Origin: Microcoleus sp.
GTDB taxonomy: Bacteria > Cyanobacteriota > Cyanobacteriia > Cyanobacteriales > Microcoleaceae
Direction of reading: 5' to 3'
Assembly: GCA_042408215.1 (NCBI GenBank)
Contig: JAYFMW010000003.1
Span: forward strand, 352,001-416,000
Length of the DNA stretch: 64,000 nucleotides
Part shown: positions 1 through 10,994 of the stretch, one piece after another
How positions within the stretch are numbered: position 1 is the first letter of the stretch
How the letters are laid out: the number at the start of each line of letters is the position of its first letter
Translations under genes and position numbers: made by a program
Notes under the pieces: generated by a model
Seen by the model: the letters and a program-made list of their open reading frames with translations, nothing else
What the model was told of the DNA's origin: nothing
Database searches by the model: none

Positions 1-1152
1 GGTAGTGGCGTTTCATTTTATCCCTTTGCTCGTCCTTTGGAAACGACAAAAGTAGAAGGGATAGAAGCAAAACCACTGATTTGGACAAGTCAGGAAAGTT
101 GGGCCGAAAGCGATTTGACGACTAAAAAGTTGGAGTTCGATCCCAAGACCGATCGACCAGGCCCGCTATTATTAGGTGTAGCTTTAGTGCGATCGATCAC
201 TGGGAGTATCCCATCAACTCCTTCCCCCTCCCCAACAACTACACCATCCCCAACTCCTTCCCCCTCCCCAACAACTACACCATCCCCAACAACTACACCC
301 TCACCAACAACTACTCCGACTCCAATAACAACACCATCCCCAACAACTACTCCGACTCCAATAACAACACCATCCCCAACAACTACTCCGACTCCAATAA
401 CAACACCATCCCCAACAACTACTCCGACTCCAATAACAACACCATCCCCAACAACTACTCCGACTCCAACAACAACACCATCCCCAACAACTACTCCGAC
501 TCCAACAACAACACCATCCTCAACAACTACTCCGACTCCAACAACAACACCATCCTCAACAACAACACCATCCCCAATAACAACACCATCCTCAACAACA
601 ACACCATCCCCAACAACAACACCATCCTCAACAACAACACCATCCCCAATAACACCATCCCCAACAACAACTCCAACTCCATCGCCAACAACATCTCCCA
701 CAGCTTCCCCCATTAGCTATGAGGTGATTGTCTCCCAAGAAGCTACGCCTCCAATCCCCCCAGAAACTGCGCCAACACCGACAGATTCCCCGACAGTTTC
801 CCCAGAAACTGCGCCAACACCGACAACATCTCCGAAATTATCCCCCAGTCCAACTTCAACTCCTGCTATCCCTTCAGCGTCAGGGAAATCATCGCGATTG
901 GTAATAATTGGAACCTCTCAATTTGTTACTAATGGTTGGTTTGACCAACAACTAAATAGCGACGTTTTTCTTAACTCTGTCAGTTGGTTGAGTAAGCCAG
1001 ACCAGCAAAGCTTTTCTATCAGCCCCAAAAAAGTTACCAACCGCCGCATTAATATGACTGTTGTTCAAGTAGGATTGCTGGTTTTAGCTTGGCTAATTTG
1101 GCCTTTACTCGGACTGGGAATTGGCGGCGCTATCTGGTGGAAGAGAAGATAG
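1..1152 (+). CDS. GldG-like ABC-transporter auxiliary protein, 3' part (5' end outside window), with long Pro/Thr linker
   Basis: Frame is open from base 1; C-terminal [10 protein letters not shown]...[13 protein letters not shown] motif, TM helix and WWKRR tail; followed by a DUF4340-like gene. Confidence 0.75.
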   Translation, partial: GSGVSFYPFARPLETTKVEGIEAKPLIWTSQESWAESDLTTKKLEFDPKTDRPGPLLLGVALVRSITGSIPSTPSPSPTTTPSPTPSPSPTTTPSPTTTPSPTTTPTPITTPSPTTTPTPITTPSPTTTPTPITTPSPTTTPTPITTPSPTTTPTPTTTPSPTTTPTPTTTPSSTTTPTPTTTPSSTTTPSPITTPSSTTTPSPTTTPSSTTTPSPITPSPTTTPTPSPTTSPTASPISYEVIVSQEATPPIPPETAPTPTDSPTVSPETAPTPTTSPKLSPSPTSTPAIPSASGKSSRLVIIGTSQFVTNGWFDQQLNSDVFLNSVSWLSKPDQQSFSISPKKVTNRRINMTVVQVGLLVLAWLIWPLLGLGIGGAIWWKRR

Positions 1153-1635
1153 TCATTAGTCATTAGTCATTAGTCATTGGTCATTAGTCATTGGTCATTG
1201 GTCATTAGTCATTGGTCATTAGTCATTGGTCATTGGTCATTAGTCATTGGTCATTAGTCATTGGTCATTGGTCATTAGTTATTTACTAACAATTAGCAAT
1301 TCCCAATTCCCAATTCCCCATTCCCAATTCCCAATTCCCAATTCCCCATTCCCCATTCCCAATTCCCCATTCCCAATTCCCAATTCCCCATTCCCCATTC
1401 CCAATTCCCAATTCCCAATTCCCAATTCCCCATTCCCAATTCCCAATTCCCAATTCCCCATTCCCCATTCCCAATTCCCCATTCCCCATTCCCAATTCCC
1501 AATTCCCAATTCCCAATTCCCCATTCCCCATTCCCCATTCCCAATTCCCAATTCCCCATTCCCAATTCCCAATTCCCCATTCCCCATTCCCAATTCCCCA
1601 TTCCCCATTCCCCATTCCCAATGCCCCATTCCCAG
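1151..1635. repeat. Composite STRR heptamer array: GTCATT(A/G) tract (1151-1277) then TTCCC(A/C)A tract (1298-1635)
   Basis: Directly visible 7-bp tandem repeats. Confidence 0.95.
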
Positions 1636-1640
1636 TTATT

Positions 1641-2279
1641 ATGAAATTGCAGAAGAATACATTAGTATTGATAGCGGTCGCACTGAGCTTAACTGGGTTG
1701 GTTTCTTTATTCGAGATACAAGTAGCTCCAAAGCAAGAGGCGGCTAAGGAAGAAAAACAGAGAATTTTTACTTTCAAGTCCGATCGCATACAATTCTTTA
1801 CAGTAAAAACTCCTGAAAAGATCTTGACTTTTGAGCGAGTTTATGCTATAAAAGGAGGCGAATCTAGCTGGAAAATGAAAGTGCCAGTACAAGCAGCAGC
1901 AAATCAGGCATCAGTAGATTTTTTGCTCGACAGGTTGGCGACGGGAAAGAGCGATCGCACAATTAATATCACCCCCGCTCAAATGGCGGAATTCGGTCTC
2001 GACAAACCCCAAGCTACCGTAACAGTAAAGCTGGACAATCAGGAAACTCATCGGCTAGTTTTAGGCAAAACAGACTTTAGCGGTCGCTTCTTGTACGCTC
2101 AAGCCAACCCAGCCGAATCGCCTGCTCAAAATTCGTCCCAAAATTTGCCCGTGATTCTGGTACCTTTCGACTTTAAAAATGCCGTCCAGCGACCTTTGTC
2201 CGAGTGGAAAAAAGCAGAAGAACCCAAAACAGACAAAAAGCCAAAACCCTCTCCCACCGCAAGTCCCAGTAACCCATAG
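1641..2279 (+). CDS. DUF4340 domain-containing protein
   Basis: N-terminal anchor, [17 protein letters not shown] motif, GldG neighbour. Confidence 0.75.
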   Translation: MKLQKNTLVLIAVALSLTGLVSLFEIQVAPKQEAAKEEKQRIFTFKSDRIQFFTVKTPEKILTFERVYAIKGGESSWKMKVPVQAAANQASVDFLLDRLATGKSDRTINITPAQMAEFGLDKPQATVTVKLDNQETHRLVLGKTDFSGRFLYAQANPAESPAQNSSQNLPVILVPFDFKNAVQRPLSEWKKAEEPKTDKKPKPSPTASPSNP

Positions 2280-2449
2280 ATTGACCCTAAATAAAATTGG
2301 GTATGGGACGCTGGGCTTTGGAGTTCGATCGGGCTGAGTTCTCAGGTAAAATGTAAAGAACAAAAACTTTAGCTTACACTTTGGAGTAAGTTTAAAGAAA
2401 TTTAAGTAAATTTTTGTGAACTGTAGCAAACCCCCAGGAACGGGCGAAT

Positions 2450-3580
2450 ATGTTTCAGACAGCACTCAACCAAGGTACTACAGCAACGGATACAGCGCTT
2501 GACGTTGAACTCCGCAAGGTCTTTAAGGTATTCAACGGCGAAACCGCAGTTCGCGGAGTTGACCTAGAAATCCATCAGGGAGAATTTTTTAGCATTCTGG
2601 GTCCCAGTGGCTGCGGCAAGACTACGACGCTGCGGTTAATCGCTGGCTTCGAGACTCCCTCGGCGGGCGAATTGATGATTCGTGGTCAGTCGATGACCAA
2701 TACTCCTGCTTACCGCCGTCCGGTAAATACCGTGTTTCAAAGCTATGCTTTGTTCGGGCACATGAATGTTTGGGACAATATCGCTTTTGGATTGCGGATT
2801 AAGAAGTTGGGGAACGCTGAGATTGAAGAACGAGTACGGGAAGTTTTACAACTGGTGAAAATGGAATCTTTCGCCAACAGATTTCCGGGCCAGATGTCGG
2901 GCGGCCAGCAGCAGCGGGTGGCTTTGGCCAGAGCTCTGGTGAATCGACCGGCGGTATTGCTGCTGGATGAACCGCTGGGGGCTCTGGATTTGAAGTTGCG
3001 GAAGCAGATGCAGTTGGAACTGTCGAATTTGCATCAAGAATTGGGGCTGACCTTTGTGATGGTGACTCACGATCAAGAAGAGGCGATGAGTCTTTCTGAC
3101 CGGATTGCGGTGATGAATGAGGGCAGAATTGAGCAAATTGGCTCTCCTGAAGAAATTTATGAGTGTCCGCAGACGGCTTTTGTGGCGGATTTTATTGGGG
3201 ATACGAATTTGTTTGCTGGTAATGTGGAGTCGATCGACCGATCGACCGTAACAGTTCGTACTCCCGCTGGCCTCAAAATAGTCGTGCAACAATCTGATAT
3301 GTGGAACGGGATAACGGGTGACTCTGTAGTGGTTAGTGTACGACCGGAAAAAGTATATTTGAATCTTTACCAGCCGGAAGTGTCGGTCAACTGTTTTGAA
3401 GGGCGGCTCAAAAATATCATGTACATGGGCACCCACGTTCATTACGTGGTTGAGTTGACCACAGGCGATCAAATGACGGTGCGGCAAGCGAATACCGGTG
3501 GCTCTTTCCCAGACCCGCACACGCCGATTTATGCTTACTGGGGAACTACTGATTGTCTCGTTTTGAGCGATCGGGGATAA
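2450..3580 (+). CDS. potA: Spermidine/putrescine ABC transporter ATPase
   Basis: GPSGCGKT Walker A, MSGGQQQR signature, LLLDEP, TOBE-like C-terminus. Confidence 0.92.
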   Translation: MFQTALNQGTTATDTALDVELRKVFKVFNGETAVRGVDLEIHQGEFFSILGPSGCGKTTTLRLIAGFETPSAGELMIRGQSMTNTPAYRRPVNTVFQSYALFGHMNVWDNIAFGLRIKKLGNAEIEERVREVLQLVKMESFANRFPGQMSGGQQQRVALARALVNRPAVLLLDEPLGALDLKLRKQMQLELSNLHQELGLTFVMVTHDQEEAMSLSDRIAVMNEGRIEQIGSPEEIYECPQTAFVADFIGDTNLFAGNVESIDRSTVTVRTPAGLKIVVQQSDMWNGITGDSVVVSVRPEKVYLNLYQPEVSVNCFEGRLKNIMYMGTHVHYVVELTTGDQMTVRQANTGGSFPDPHTPIYAYWGTTDCLVLSDRG

Positions 3581-3726
3581 TTGGGAAACGAAGGAAGTTC
3601 GGCAACGGATTTTGTAACGGATGCAACGGATGTAACGGATGTAATGGAAGACCGAAGTTGGAAGAAGCAAGAAGAAATAAAAATAATTCAACCTTTTTCA
3701 ATGCCCAATCCCTCCGCTTCGCTCCG

Positions 3727-3840
3727 CCCAATTCCCAATTCCCAATTCCCAATTCCCAATTCCCAATTCCCAATTCCCAACCCCCAATTCCCAATCCTCA
3801 ATCCCCCAATCTAAAATCTAAAATCTAAAATCTAAAATCG
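3727..3840. repeat. STRR heptamer array (CCCAATT then CTAAAAT)
   Basis: Visible tandem heptamers. Confidence 0.9.
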
Positions 3841-3844
3841 AACT

Positions 3845-4975
3845 GTGCCTCCGACTAATCTACCAATTTCCAGGATTTCCAGGGCTAATTCTACACGCCG
3901 TCAGTTCCTAAAAAATTCGGCGGCGACAATCTCCGGCTTAGCCCTTTCTAGTTGCGGCTGGCGGCTTGCAGACGTACAATCTGCCCCTCCCGTCAAAGGT
4001 AATGCCGACCAACTTTTCATCTATACTTGGGCTGGCTATACAGACAAAGCTTTGCTCGATCGCTTTGCCGAAAAAACTGGTATCCGCGTCATCGCAGACG
4101 TATTTGACTCCAATGAGGCGATGCTGGCTAGAGTTCAAGCCGGTGGCGGCCGGGCCTATAGCATCATTTACCCGTCTGACTACATGGTGATTCAGATGAA
4201 GGAACTGGGGCTTTTGAGCCAATTAGACCACTCCAGTTTGGGAGGTATCGATCGACTCAAAAAACAGTTCCAAGATCCTGTATACGACCCAGGAAACCGC
4301 TACAGCGTACCTTTGAGTTGGGGAACCACAGGCTTAATTTACAACAGCGAACAGCTCAAAGAAGCCCCGGAAGATTGGGACTATTTGTGGAAACACAAAA
4401 AGGAGCTAACCAGGAGAATGACTCTAGCAAATGATGTTCGAGAAGTGATGGGTGCTGCATTGCGGATGCAGGGCTATTCTCTCAATTCTACGAACCCAGA
4501 GCAAGTCAAAAAGGCTTATGAGAAGTTAGTGGAGTTAAAACCGTCGATCGCATCTTTTACCACAGACGCTTGGCGGCCTCAAATGCTGACGGGAGATTTG
4601 AAGTTAGCTATGTGTTACTCTTCTGATGCTAATGAGGTAATTCCAGATAACGACAAATTGCGCTATGTTGTGCCAAAAAGCGGTTCTTCTCTGTGGACTG
4701 ACACTTTAGTAATTCCTAAAGCTGCTCCCAATCCCGAAGCGGCTTATAAATGGATCAACTTTATGCTGCAAGCGGATGTCGCTGCTTCTTTAGTAGAACG
4801 GCTCAGTTTCTCAACTCCTTCGGAAGATGCTTTTAGTTTATTACCGCCGGAAGTGCGGGCCAACGAAATTCTTTTCCCTTCGGAGGCTACTTTGAAAAAT
4901 TGCGAAGGTGTTGCTCCCGTAGGAAAATTTATAGACGTGTACGATCGCTATTGGACTAAATTAACAAGTGGTTAA
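3845..4975 (+). CDS. potD: Polyamine ABC transporter substrate-binding protein (Tat/lipoprotein signal)
   Basis: TRRQFLK Tat motif, LSSC lipobox, FDSNE, PSDYMV, WGTTG motifs. Confidence 0.9.
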   Translation: MPPTNLPISRISRANSTRRQFLKNSAATISGLALSSCGWRLADVQSAPPVKGNADQLFIYTWAGYTDKALLDRFAEKTGIRVIADVFDSNEAMLARVQAGGGRAYSIIYPSDYMVIQMKELGLLSQLDHSSLGGIDRLKKQFQDPVYDPGNRYSVPLSWGTTGLIYNSEQLKEAPEDWDYLWKHKKELTRRMTLANDVREVMGAALRMQGYSLNSTNPEQVKKAYEKLVELKPSIASFTTDAWRPQMLTGDLKLAMCYSSDANEVIPDNDKLRYVVPKSGSSLWTDTLVIPKAAPNPEAAYKWINFMLQADVAASLVERLSFSTPSEDAFSLLPPEVRANEILFPSEATLKNCEGVAPVGKFIDVYDRYWTKLTSG

Positions 4976-5000
4976 TCTTAATTTTGTCATAAATTTCATG

Positions 5001-5508
5001 TACATTTCGATTTACCGTGGGTGAGGGCGGGTTTATGAGATTGTTCATTTTAGGCGATGATTGTTGGTGAACCCGCCCCTACATTACATTTCGATTTACC
5101 GTGGGGTGAGGGCGGGTTTATGAGATTGTTCATTTTAGGCGATGATTGTTGGTGAACCCGCCCCTACATTACATTTCGATTTACCGTGGGGTGAGGGCGG
5201 GTTTATGAGATTGTTTATTTTAGGCGATGATTGTTGGTGAACCCGTCCCTACATTACATTTCGATTTACCGTGGGGTGAGGGCGGGTTTATGAGATTGTT
5301 TATTTTAGGCGATGATTGTTGGTGAACCCGCCCCTACATTACATTTCGATTTACCGTGGGGTGAGGGCGGGTTTATGAGATTGTTTATTTTAGGCGATGA
5401 TTGTTGGTGAACCCGCCCCTACATTACATTTTGATTTATCGTGGGGTGAGGGCGGGTTTATGAGATTGTTTATTTTAGGCGATGATTGTTGGTGAACCCG
5501 CCCCTACA
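5001..5508. repeat. Six tandem 84-85 bp units, each with a REP-like inverted pair GGGCGGGTT...AACCCGCCC
   Basis: Units start at 5001, 5085, 5170, 5255, 5340, 5425; nearly identical. Confidence 0.92.
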
Positions 5509-5539
5509 GATCAAAACTCAAAACTCAAAACTATTATTT

Positions 5540-6451
5540 ATGACTGTTTCCACCAAAGCTCCCCCTCCGATTCCTCCCAATTCTCCCTCAAAGGCTGAAA
5601 CTGTTTCTCCTTGGTCATCGTGGGCTGGGCCTCTGGCATTGCTCGGCCCTTCTGGTTTATGGTTAGCCCTATTATTAGTCGTACCAACTATAGTCATTTT
5701 TCAACTGAGTTTGGTGCCGAATATTAAGCCTGGAGATTTGGTGATTCCTTCGGGAATTGCTAATTATCTGCGAGTGTTTGAGCCTCTGAATTTGCAGGTG
5801 ATTGGGCGATCGATCTTTTTCGCAACAGGGACTACCATACTGTGTTTGGTGCTAGGATTTCCCGTAGCTTACTGGATCGCCCTCAATGTCTCGAAAAAGT
5901 GGCGGAATTTAACTTTGTTGGGCTTTGTTTTGCCACTGTGGACTTCTTCGCTGTTGCGATCCTATGCTTGGATTACAATTCTTCGTCCTACGGGGGTTCT
6001 CAACTCTGTGCTGGCACTTGTAGGCATCCCCCCGGTGGAATTGCTCAATCAAAGTTCAGCGGTTTTAATTGGCATGGCTTACAGCTATTTGCCTTATATC
6101 GTGACAATTCTCTATGCTTCTTTGGAAAAATTAGACCGCAGGTTGCTAGAAGCGTCTCAGGATTTGGGGGCGAATTCGGTGGAAACTTTCTGGAAAGTGA
6201 CTGTACCCCAGACGATGCCGGGAATTGCGGCGGGTTCTTTGCTAGTATTTATTAGCTGTTTGGGCGATTTTGTCGATCCAGAGTTGCTGGGCGGCGCTTC
6301 CAGCATGACGGCTGCTCGTTTGATTTACAATCAATTTTTGGGGGCGACTCAGAATTGGGGGCTGGGCTCGGCTTTGAGTATGGTGTTGATTTTTGCAGTG
6401 AGTATTGGAATTGCACTTTTGCTCAAATATGGCGATCGTAATGCAATTTGA
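5540..6451 (+). CDS. potB: Polyamine ABC transporter permease (ATG 5540 preferred over 5486, which lies in the repeat)
   Basis: EAA-loop LLEASQDLGA, LPLWTSSLLR. Confidence 0.9.
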   Translation: MTVSTKAPPPIPPNSPSKAETVSPWSSWAGPLALLGPSGLWLALLLVVPTIVIFQLSLVPNIKPGDLVIPSGIANYLRVFEPLNLQVIGRSIFFATGTTILCLVLGFPVAYWIALNVSKKWRNLTLLGFVLPLWTSSLLRSYAWITILRPTGVLNSVLALVGIPPVELLNQSSAVLIGMAYSYLPYIVTILYASLEKLDRRLLEASQDLGANSVETFWKVTVPQTMPGIAAGSLLVFISCLGDFVDPELLGGASSMTAARLIYNQFLGATQNWGLGSALSMVLIFAVSIGIALLLKYGDRNAI

Positions 6452-6458
6452 AGAAGTC

Positions 6459-6680
6459 CGTAGTCAGTAGTCAGTAGTCAGTAGTCATTAGTCAGTAGTC
6501 ATTAGTCAGTAGTCATTAGTCAGTAGTCAGTAGTCAGTAGTCATTAGTCAGTAGTCATTAGTCAGTAGTCAGTAACAAACAACAAACAACCAATAACAAA
6601 TAACAAATAACAAATAACAAATAACAAATAACAATTCCCCATTCCCAATTCCCCATTCCCAATTCCCCATTCCCCATTAT
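6459..6680. repeat. Composite STRR array (TAGTCAG/TAGTCAT, AAATAAC, TTCCC(A/C)A)
   Basis: Visible tandem heptamers between potB and potC. Confidence 0.9.
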
Positions 6681-6686
6681 CAAGAT

Positions 6687-7535
6687 ATGGAAAATACTAC
6701 CGAGAATCCACAGGAGGAAATACCCGCCGATATGTTGTACTTAAAGCCTAAATTTAAGGTTTCTTGGCAGGTTGTCTTTGCCGTTTTGATGTTTTTCTAT
6801 ATGTACCTGCCCATTCTGGTACTGACATTTTACAGCTTTAATAAATCACGTTTTAGCGCTGGCTGGGAAGGATTTACTTTAGATTGGTACGTTAAATTAT
6901 TTAGCGATAGCCGGATTTTAATTGCGCTGAGAAATAGTTTGACAGTGGCTATCTGTGCAGTTGCAATCTCGGCTGTACTCGGCACTCTGATGGCCGTGGG
7001 TTTGTCCCGCTACCGCTTTCCGGGTAAAAGCTTATATCAGGGAGTTTCCTATTTGCCGATTATTATTCCAGATATTGCCAGTGCTGTTGCGACTCTGGTA
7101 TTTTTAGCAGCCCTGGCTATTCCGCTCAGTTTATGGACAATTGTAGCGGCTCACATTGTGTTTTGTTTGGCTTATATTGCCCTAGCTGTTTCTACTAGAT
7201 TAGCAGACCTAAATCCGTCTTTAGAAGAAGCTGCTTTAGATTTGGGAGCTACACCAGTAGAGGCTTTTATTCAGGTTTTATTACCTCAATTATTACCTGG
7301 CATTGTTTCGGGTTGTCTCCTGTCTTTTGTCCTCAGCATGGACGATTTTTTGATTGCCAGTTTTACCGCAGGTAGCGGAACTACAACTCTACCGATGGAA
7401 ATTTTTAGCCGCATTCGGACTGGGGTGAAACCTGATATTAATGCTCTGAGTGTGCTGTTAATGGTAGGTTCGGGAGGATTGGCGTTTGCAGCGGAATATT
7501 TGCGCGGCCGCAGCGACCAAAAAAGGGCTAATTAG
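6687..7535 (+). CDS. potC: Polyamine ABC transporter permease
   Basis: YSFN, GFTLDWY, LEEAALDLGA, SMDDF, TLPMEIF motifs. Confidence 0.9.
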   Translation: MENTTENPQEEIPADMLYLKPKFKVSWQVVFAVLMFFYMYLPILVLTFYSFNKSRFSAGWEGFTLDWYVKLFSDSRILIALRNSLTVAICAVAISAVLGTLMAVGLSRYRFPGKSLYQGVSYLPIIIPDIASAVATLVFLAALAIPLSLWTIVAAHIVFCLAYIALAVSTRLADLNPSLEEAALDLGATPVEAFIQVLLPQLLPGIVSGCLLSFVLSMDDFLIASFTAGSGTTTLPMEIFSRIRTGVKPDINALSVLLMVGSGGLAFAAEYLRGRSDQKRAN

Positions 7536-7666
7536 TCATTAGTCATTAGTCATTAGTCATTAGTCATTGGTTATTTGTTATTGGTGAGGGTATACCAAGA
7601 ACCGATAACAAGTAACCAGCAACCAATGCCCTAGGCCCCATGCCCTAGGCCCCATGCCCCATGTCG

Positions 7667-8482
7667 CTATTGTTCTACAAGTTTCACTTTGGTGGCCAAA
7701 CCGAGTGCTTGCAGCACTTGAATTGTTATCCAAGTTGTGTCAATTTCCCACCATGTCATACCGTGACGGGCAGAGTATTGATAAGCATGGTGGTTATTGT
7801 GCCAGCCTTCGCCATAAGTTAATACAGCAACCCACCAACAGTTAGTAGAAGAATCTTTTGTTTCGTAGGTGCGGTAGCCAAATTTGTGAGTGGCGCTGTT
7901 AACAAACCATGTGCAGTGGTATACCACAACTAAGCGTACAAAAATTACCCAAACTACAAAAGGCCAACCTGCTGCTAAGTAGAGCAAGACACCAAAGGCG
8001 ATTTGAATTGGCAGAAAGTAATTTTGCAAAAACTGATAAAATGGGTCGCTTGAAATGTCTTTTGTGCAGCGGGGAATTTCATCGTGGGCGGGGCCTTTAT
8101 AAAACATCCAGCCCATGTGACTCCACCAAAAACCCTGCTGGGCATTGTGAGGGTCGAGTGCGCTTTCGTCGGAGTGGCTGTGGTGTAAGCGGTGCAATCC
8201 AACCCAATGAATTACTCCTCCTTGACAAGCAAGAGCGCCGCAGAAAACTAGGAAATATTCTAGCCATTTGGGTGTCTCAAAGCTGCGGTGGGTGAGCAGG
8301 CGATGCCATCCCAGAGTTATTCCTAAACCGCCTGTTATCCAGTGCATGAATACTGTTAAACCAACGGCTGTCCAGTTGAAGTTAGCAGGAAGTAAGGCGA
8401 ACAAAGCGCCGATGTGAACTCCGGCTAAAGCAATAATGTGTGCCCAATTGTATTGGAGTTTGTCTTGCGTTGCTATTGTCAT
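7667..8482 (-). CDS. desC: Acyl-lipid delta-9 desaturase (copy 2)
   Basis: His boxes HRLLTH, HRLHH, HNNHH; GEGWHNNHH. Confidence 0.9.
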   Translation of the reverse strand: MTIATQDKLQYNWAHIIALAGVHIGALFALLPANFNWTAVGLTVFMHWITGGLGITLGWHRLLTHRSFETPKWLEYFLVFCGALACQGGVIHWVGLHRLHHSHSDESALDPHNAQQGFWWSHMGWMFYKGPAHDEIPRCTKDISSDPFYQFLQNYFLPIQIAFGVLLYLAAGWPFVVWVIFVRLVVVYHCTWFVNSATHKFGYRTYETKDSSTNCWWVAVLTYGEGWHNNHHAYQYSARHGMTWWEIDTTWITIQVLQALGLATKVKLVEQ

Positions 8483-8859
8483 GCGGTTTTAGATTTGAGG
8501 TTTTAAATTGAGTAAAATTCATATAAACTAGGTTAGATAGAGGTAAATAAACCCAAGCTAATCAAACATGAATTATGAAAGGCTATACCTGAAAAGCTAT
8601 AGATGAGGAATCCAGAGTATGTATTGTTGAAAGTTTTTGAAATTTACAAAATTCATCAGGTGAAAAACCTAATTGTTGGGATTCAATATCTATGCAATAT
8701 CTATGATAGTACATTCTGCTCCTGATTGGTGGGAGCGGGATGCGGATTTTTGCTGGATTTTATTCAGGCTAACCAATGTTGAAGAAATTAGATCGAAAAT
8801 AGGTTATTAGCCGTCAGTGTAAAACTAATGACTAATAACCTGTTACCTACGATCGCCAG

Positions 8860-9681
8860 TTACTTTTCTGCTATATCTGCTAATTTGACTTTGGTTGCCA
8901 AACCCAGTGTTTGCAGCAGTTGAATTGTCATCCAGGTGAAGTCGATTTCCCACCATTGGAGGCCGTGGCGAGCCGAGTATTGAAAGGCGTGGTGGTTATT
9001 GTGCCAGCCTTCGCCATAAGTCAGGACAGCAACCCACCAGCAGTTGGTGGAGCGATCGCCCGACTCATAGGTGCGATACCCGAATTTGTGGGTAGCGCTG
9101 TTCACCAGCCAAGTGCAGTGGAAAACCACTACAATCCGCATAAACACGCCCCAAACCACGAAGGACCAGCCGCCTAATAAATAGAGCAAGACACCGAAGA
9201 CTACTTGGATGGGGATAAAATATGCTTGGAGAAACTTGTATACTGGGTCGTCGCCAATGTCTTTTGTAAAGCGCGGGATTTCAACTCTGATCGGGAGATC
9301 CGAGAGCATCCAGCCCATGTGGCTCCACCAAAAGCCTTGATTGGAATCGTGGGGATCTGTTTCGGTGTCGGAATGTATGTGGTGTAACCGGTGCATTCCT
9401 ACCCAGTCTATCGGCCCACCTTCGCAGGAAAGAGTACCGCAAATAACTAGGAAATATTCTAGCCATTTGGGTGTTTGAAAACTGCGGTGGGTAACGAGAC
9501 GGTGATATCCGAGAGTAATTCCTAAACCGCCTGTTACCCAGTGGAGGAATACTGCTAGCCCGACCGCAGACCAGCTAAAATTAGCGGGGAGGAGAGCAAA
9601 TAAAGCGCCGATATGCAGAAAGGCCATAAAGCCTACGACAGGCCAATCAGGAGAAGTTTTTTTTGAAGTTGCGATCGTCAT
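8860..9681 (-). CDS. desC: Acyl-lipid delta-9 desaturase (copy 1; start at MTIAT)
   Basis: His boxes HRLVTH, HRLHH, HNNHH; same MTIAT N-terminus as paralog. Confidence 0.9.
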   Translation of the reverse strand: MTIATSKKTSPDWPVVGFMAFLHIGALFALLPANFSWSAVGLAVFLHWVTGGLGITLGYHRLVTHRSFQTPKWLEYFLVICGTLSCEGGPIDWVGMHRLHHIHSDTETDPHDSNQGFWWSHMGWMLSDLPIRVEIPRFTKDIGDDPVYKFLQAYFIPIQVVFGVLLYLLGGWSFVVWGVFMRIVVVFHCTWLVNSATHKFGYRTYESGDRSTNCWWVAVLTYGEGWHNNHHAFQYSARHGLQWWEIDFTWMTIQLLQTLGLATKVKLADIAEK

Positions 9682-9743
9682 GAAGATATTAGGTTTACAA
9701 ACTAAGCGCCGCATCTACGTCATAATAAACATCGCGCACGCAA

Positions 9744-10994
9744 ATGGTGACCGAGGTTTTGATGAATAGCATTTCACGGCTACAGGAAGCAGAACAGGGA
9801 CTCTTTCAGATTTTTTCTGGTATTGACGCGGCAGTCAAGCAAAATCTCCAACGAGTCCTCAAAGCTTTTCGCAGCCACCGGGTTGGAGTCCACCATTTTG
9901 CTGGGGTTTCGGGTTACGGCCACGATGATTTGGGTCGGGAGACTTTGGACGCGGTGTTTGCCGAAGTGGTTGGTGCAGAGGCGGCGGCTGTGCGGGTACA
10001 GTTTGTTTCGGGTACTCACGCGATCGCCTGTGCTCTTTTTGGCATCCTGCGTCCTGGTGACGAAATGTTGGCAGTGGCTGGTTCTCCCTACGATACTTTA
10101 GAAGAAGTGATCGGCTTGCGGGGGCAAGGTCAAGGTTCACTGATGGAATTTGGCATCCTTTACCGTGAGTTGGCTCTAACTCGCGAAGGGAGCGTGGATT
10201 GGCTGGCACTGAGCTCTACTATTTCTGCAAAAACTCGCCTGGTTTTGATCCAGCGCTCTTGCGGTTATTCTTGGCGGTCTAGTTTGTCTATTTCTGAGAT
10301 TAAAAAAATCGTCGCCATAGTCAAACATCAAAATCCTAACACAATTTGCTTTGTGGATAATTGTTACGGAGAATTTGTTGAGGATTGTGAACCTACTGCT
10401 GTGGGTGCGGATCTGATGGCTGGTTCTTTGATTAAAAATCCGGGGGGTACGATCGTCCCTGCTGGCGGTTACGTCGCCGGGAGGGCTGATTTGGTGGAAG
10501 CGGCAACTTGTCGCTTGACGGCCCCAGGAATAGGCAGCAGTGGCGGCGCGACTTTTGATTTGAATCGGTTGCTGTTTCAGGGTTTGTTTTTGGCGCCTGG
10601 GTTTGTGGGTGAGGCGATGAAGGGTAATCATTTGACTGCTTATGTTTTTTATAAGTTGGGTTATCGGGTGAATCCGACTCCTTTGGCGAAAAGACGAGAT
10701 GTGATTCAGGCGATCGAATTTGGTTGTCCTGATAAGTTGGTGGCTTTTTGTCGGGCTGTCCAGAAAAATTCGCCGGTGGGTTCCTATTTAGATCCGGTTC
10801 CTGGCCCGATGCACGGCTATGAAAGTCAGTTGGTGATGGCTGGGGGTACTTTTATTGATGGGAGTACGAGTGAGTTTTCGGCTGACGGGCCACTGCGGCC
10901 ACCCTATGTGGCTTTTTGTCAAGGGGGGACTCATTGGACTCATGTGTCGATCGCGCTTGAAGATGCGATCGATGCTGTGGGGCCGGCTAAGTAA
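9744..10994 (+). CDS. Methionine gamma-lyase family / YnbB-like PLP enzyme
   Basis: GYGHDDLGR, VSGTHAI, DNCYGEF, GSLIKNPGG. Confidence 0.88.
   Translation: MVTEVLMNSISRLQEAEQGLFQIFSGIDAAVKQNLQRVLKAFRSHRVGVHHFAGVSGYGHDDLGRETLDAVFAEVVGAEAAAVRVQFVSGTHAIACALFGILRPGDEMLAVAGSPYDTLEEVIGLRGQGQGSLMEFGILYRELALTREGSVDWLALSSTISAKTRLVLIQRSCGYSWRSSLSISEIKKIVAIVKHQNPNTICFVDNCYGEFVEDCEPTAVGADLMAGSLIKNPGGTIVPAGGYVAGRADLVEAATCRLTAPGIGSSGGATFDLNRLLFQGLFLAPGFVGEAMKGNHLTAYVFYKLGYRVNPTPLAKRRDVIQAIEFGCPDKLVAFCRAVQKNSPVGSYLDPVPGPMHGYESQLVMAGGTFIDGSTSEFSADGPLRPPYVAFCQGGTHWTHVSIALEDAIDAVGPAK

Noticed and set aside
90..713. Val/Gly-rich minus-strand ORF
   Set aside because: Antisense of the Pro/Thr linker
1247..1789. 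ORFs made of PIPNSQF / GNWELGI repeats (also 3546-3828, 54733-55153)
   Set aside because: Translations of stop-free STRR heptamers
5001..5508. CRISPR array
   Set aside because: Whole units are near-identical; no unique spacers and no cas genes
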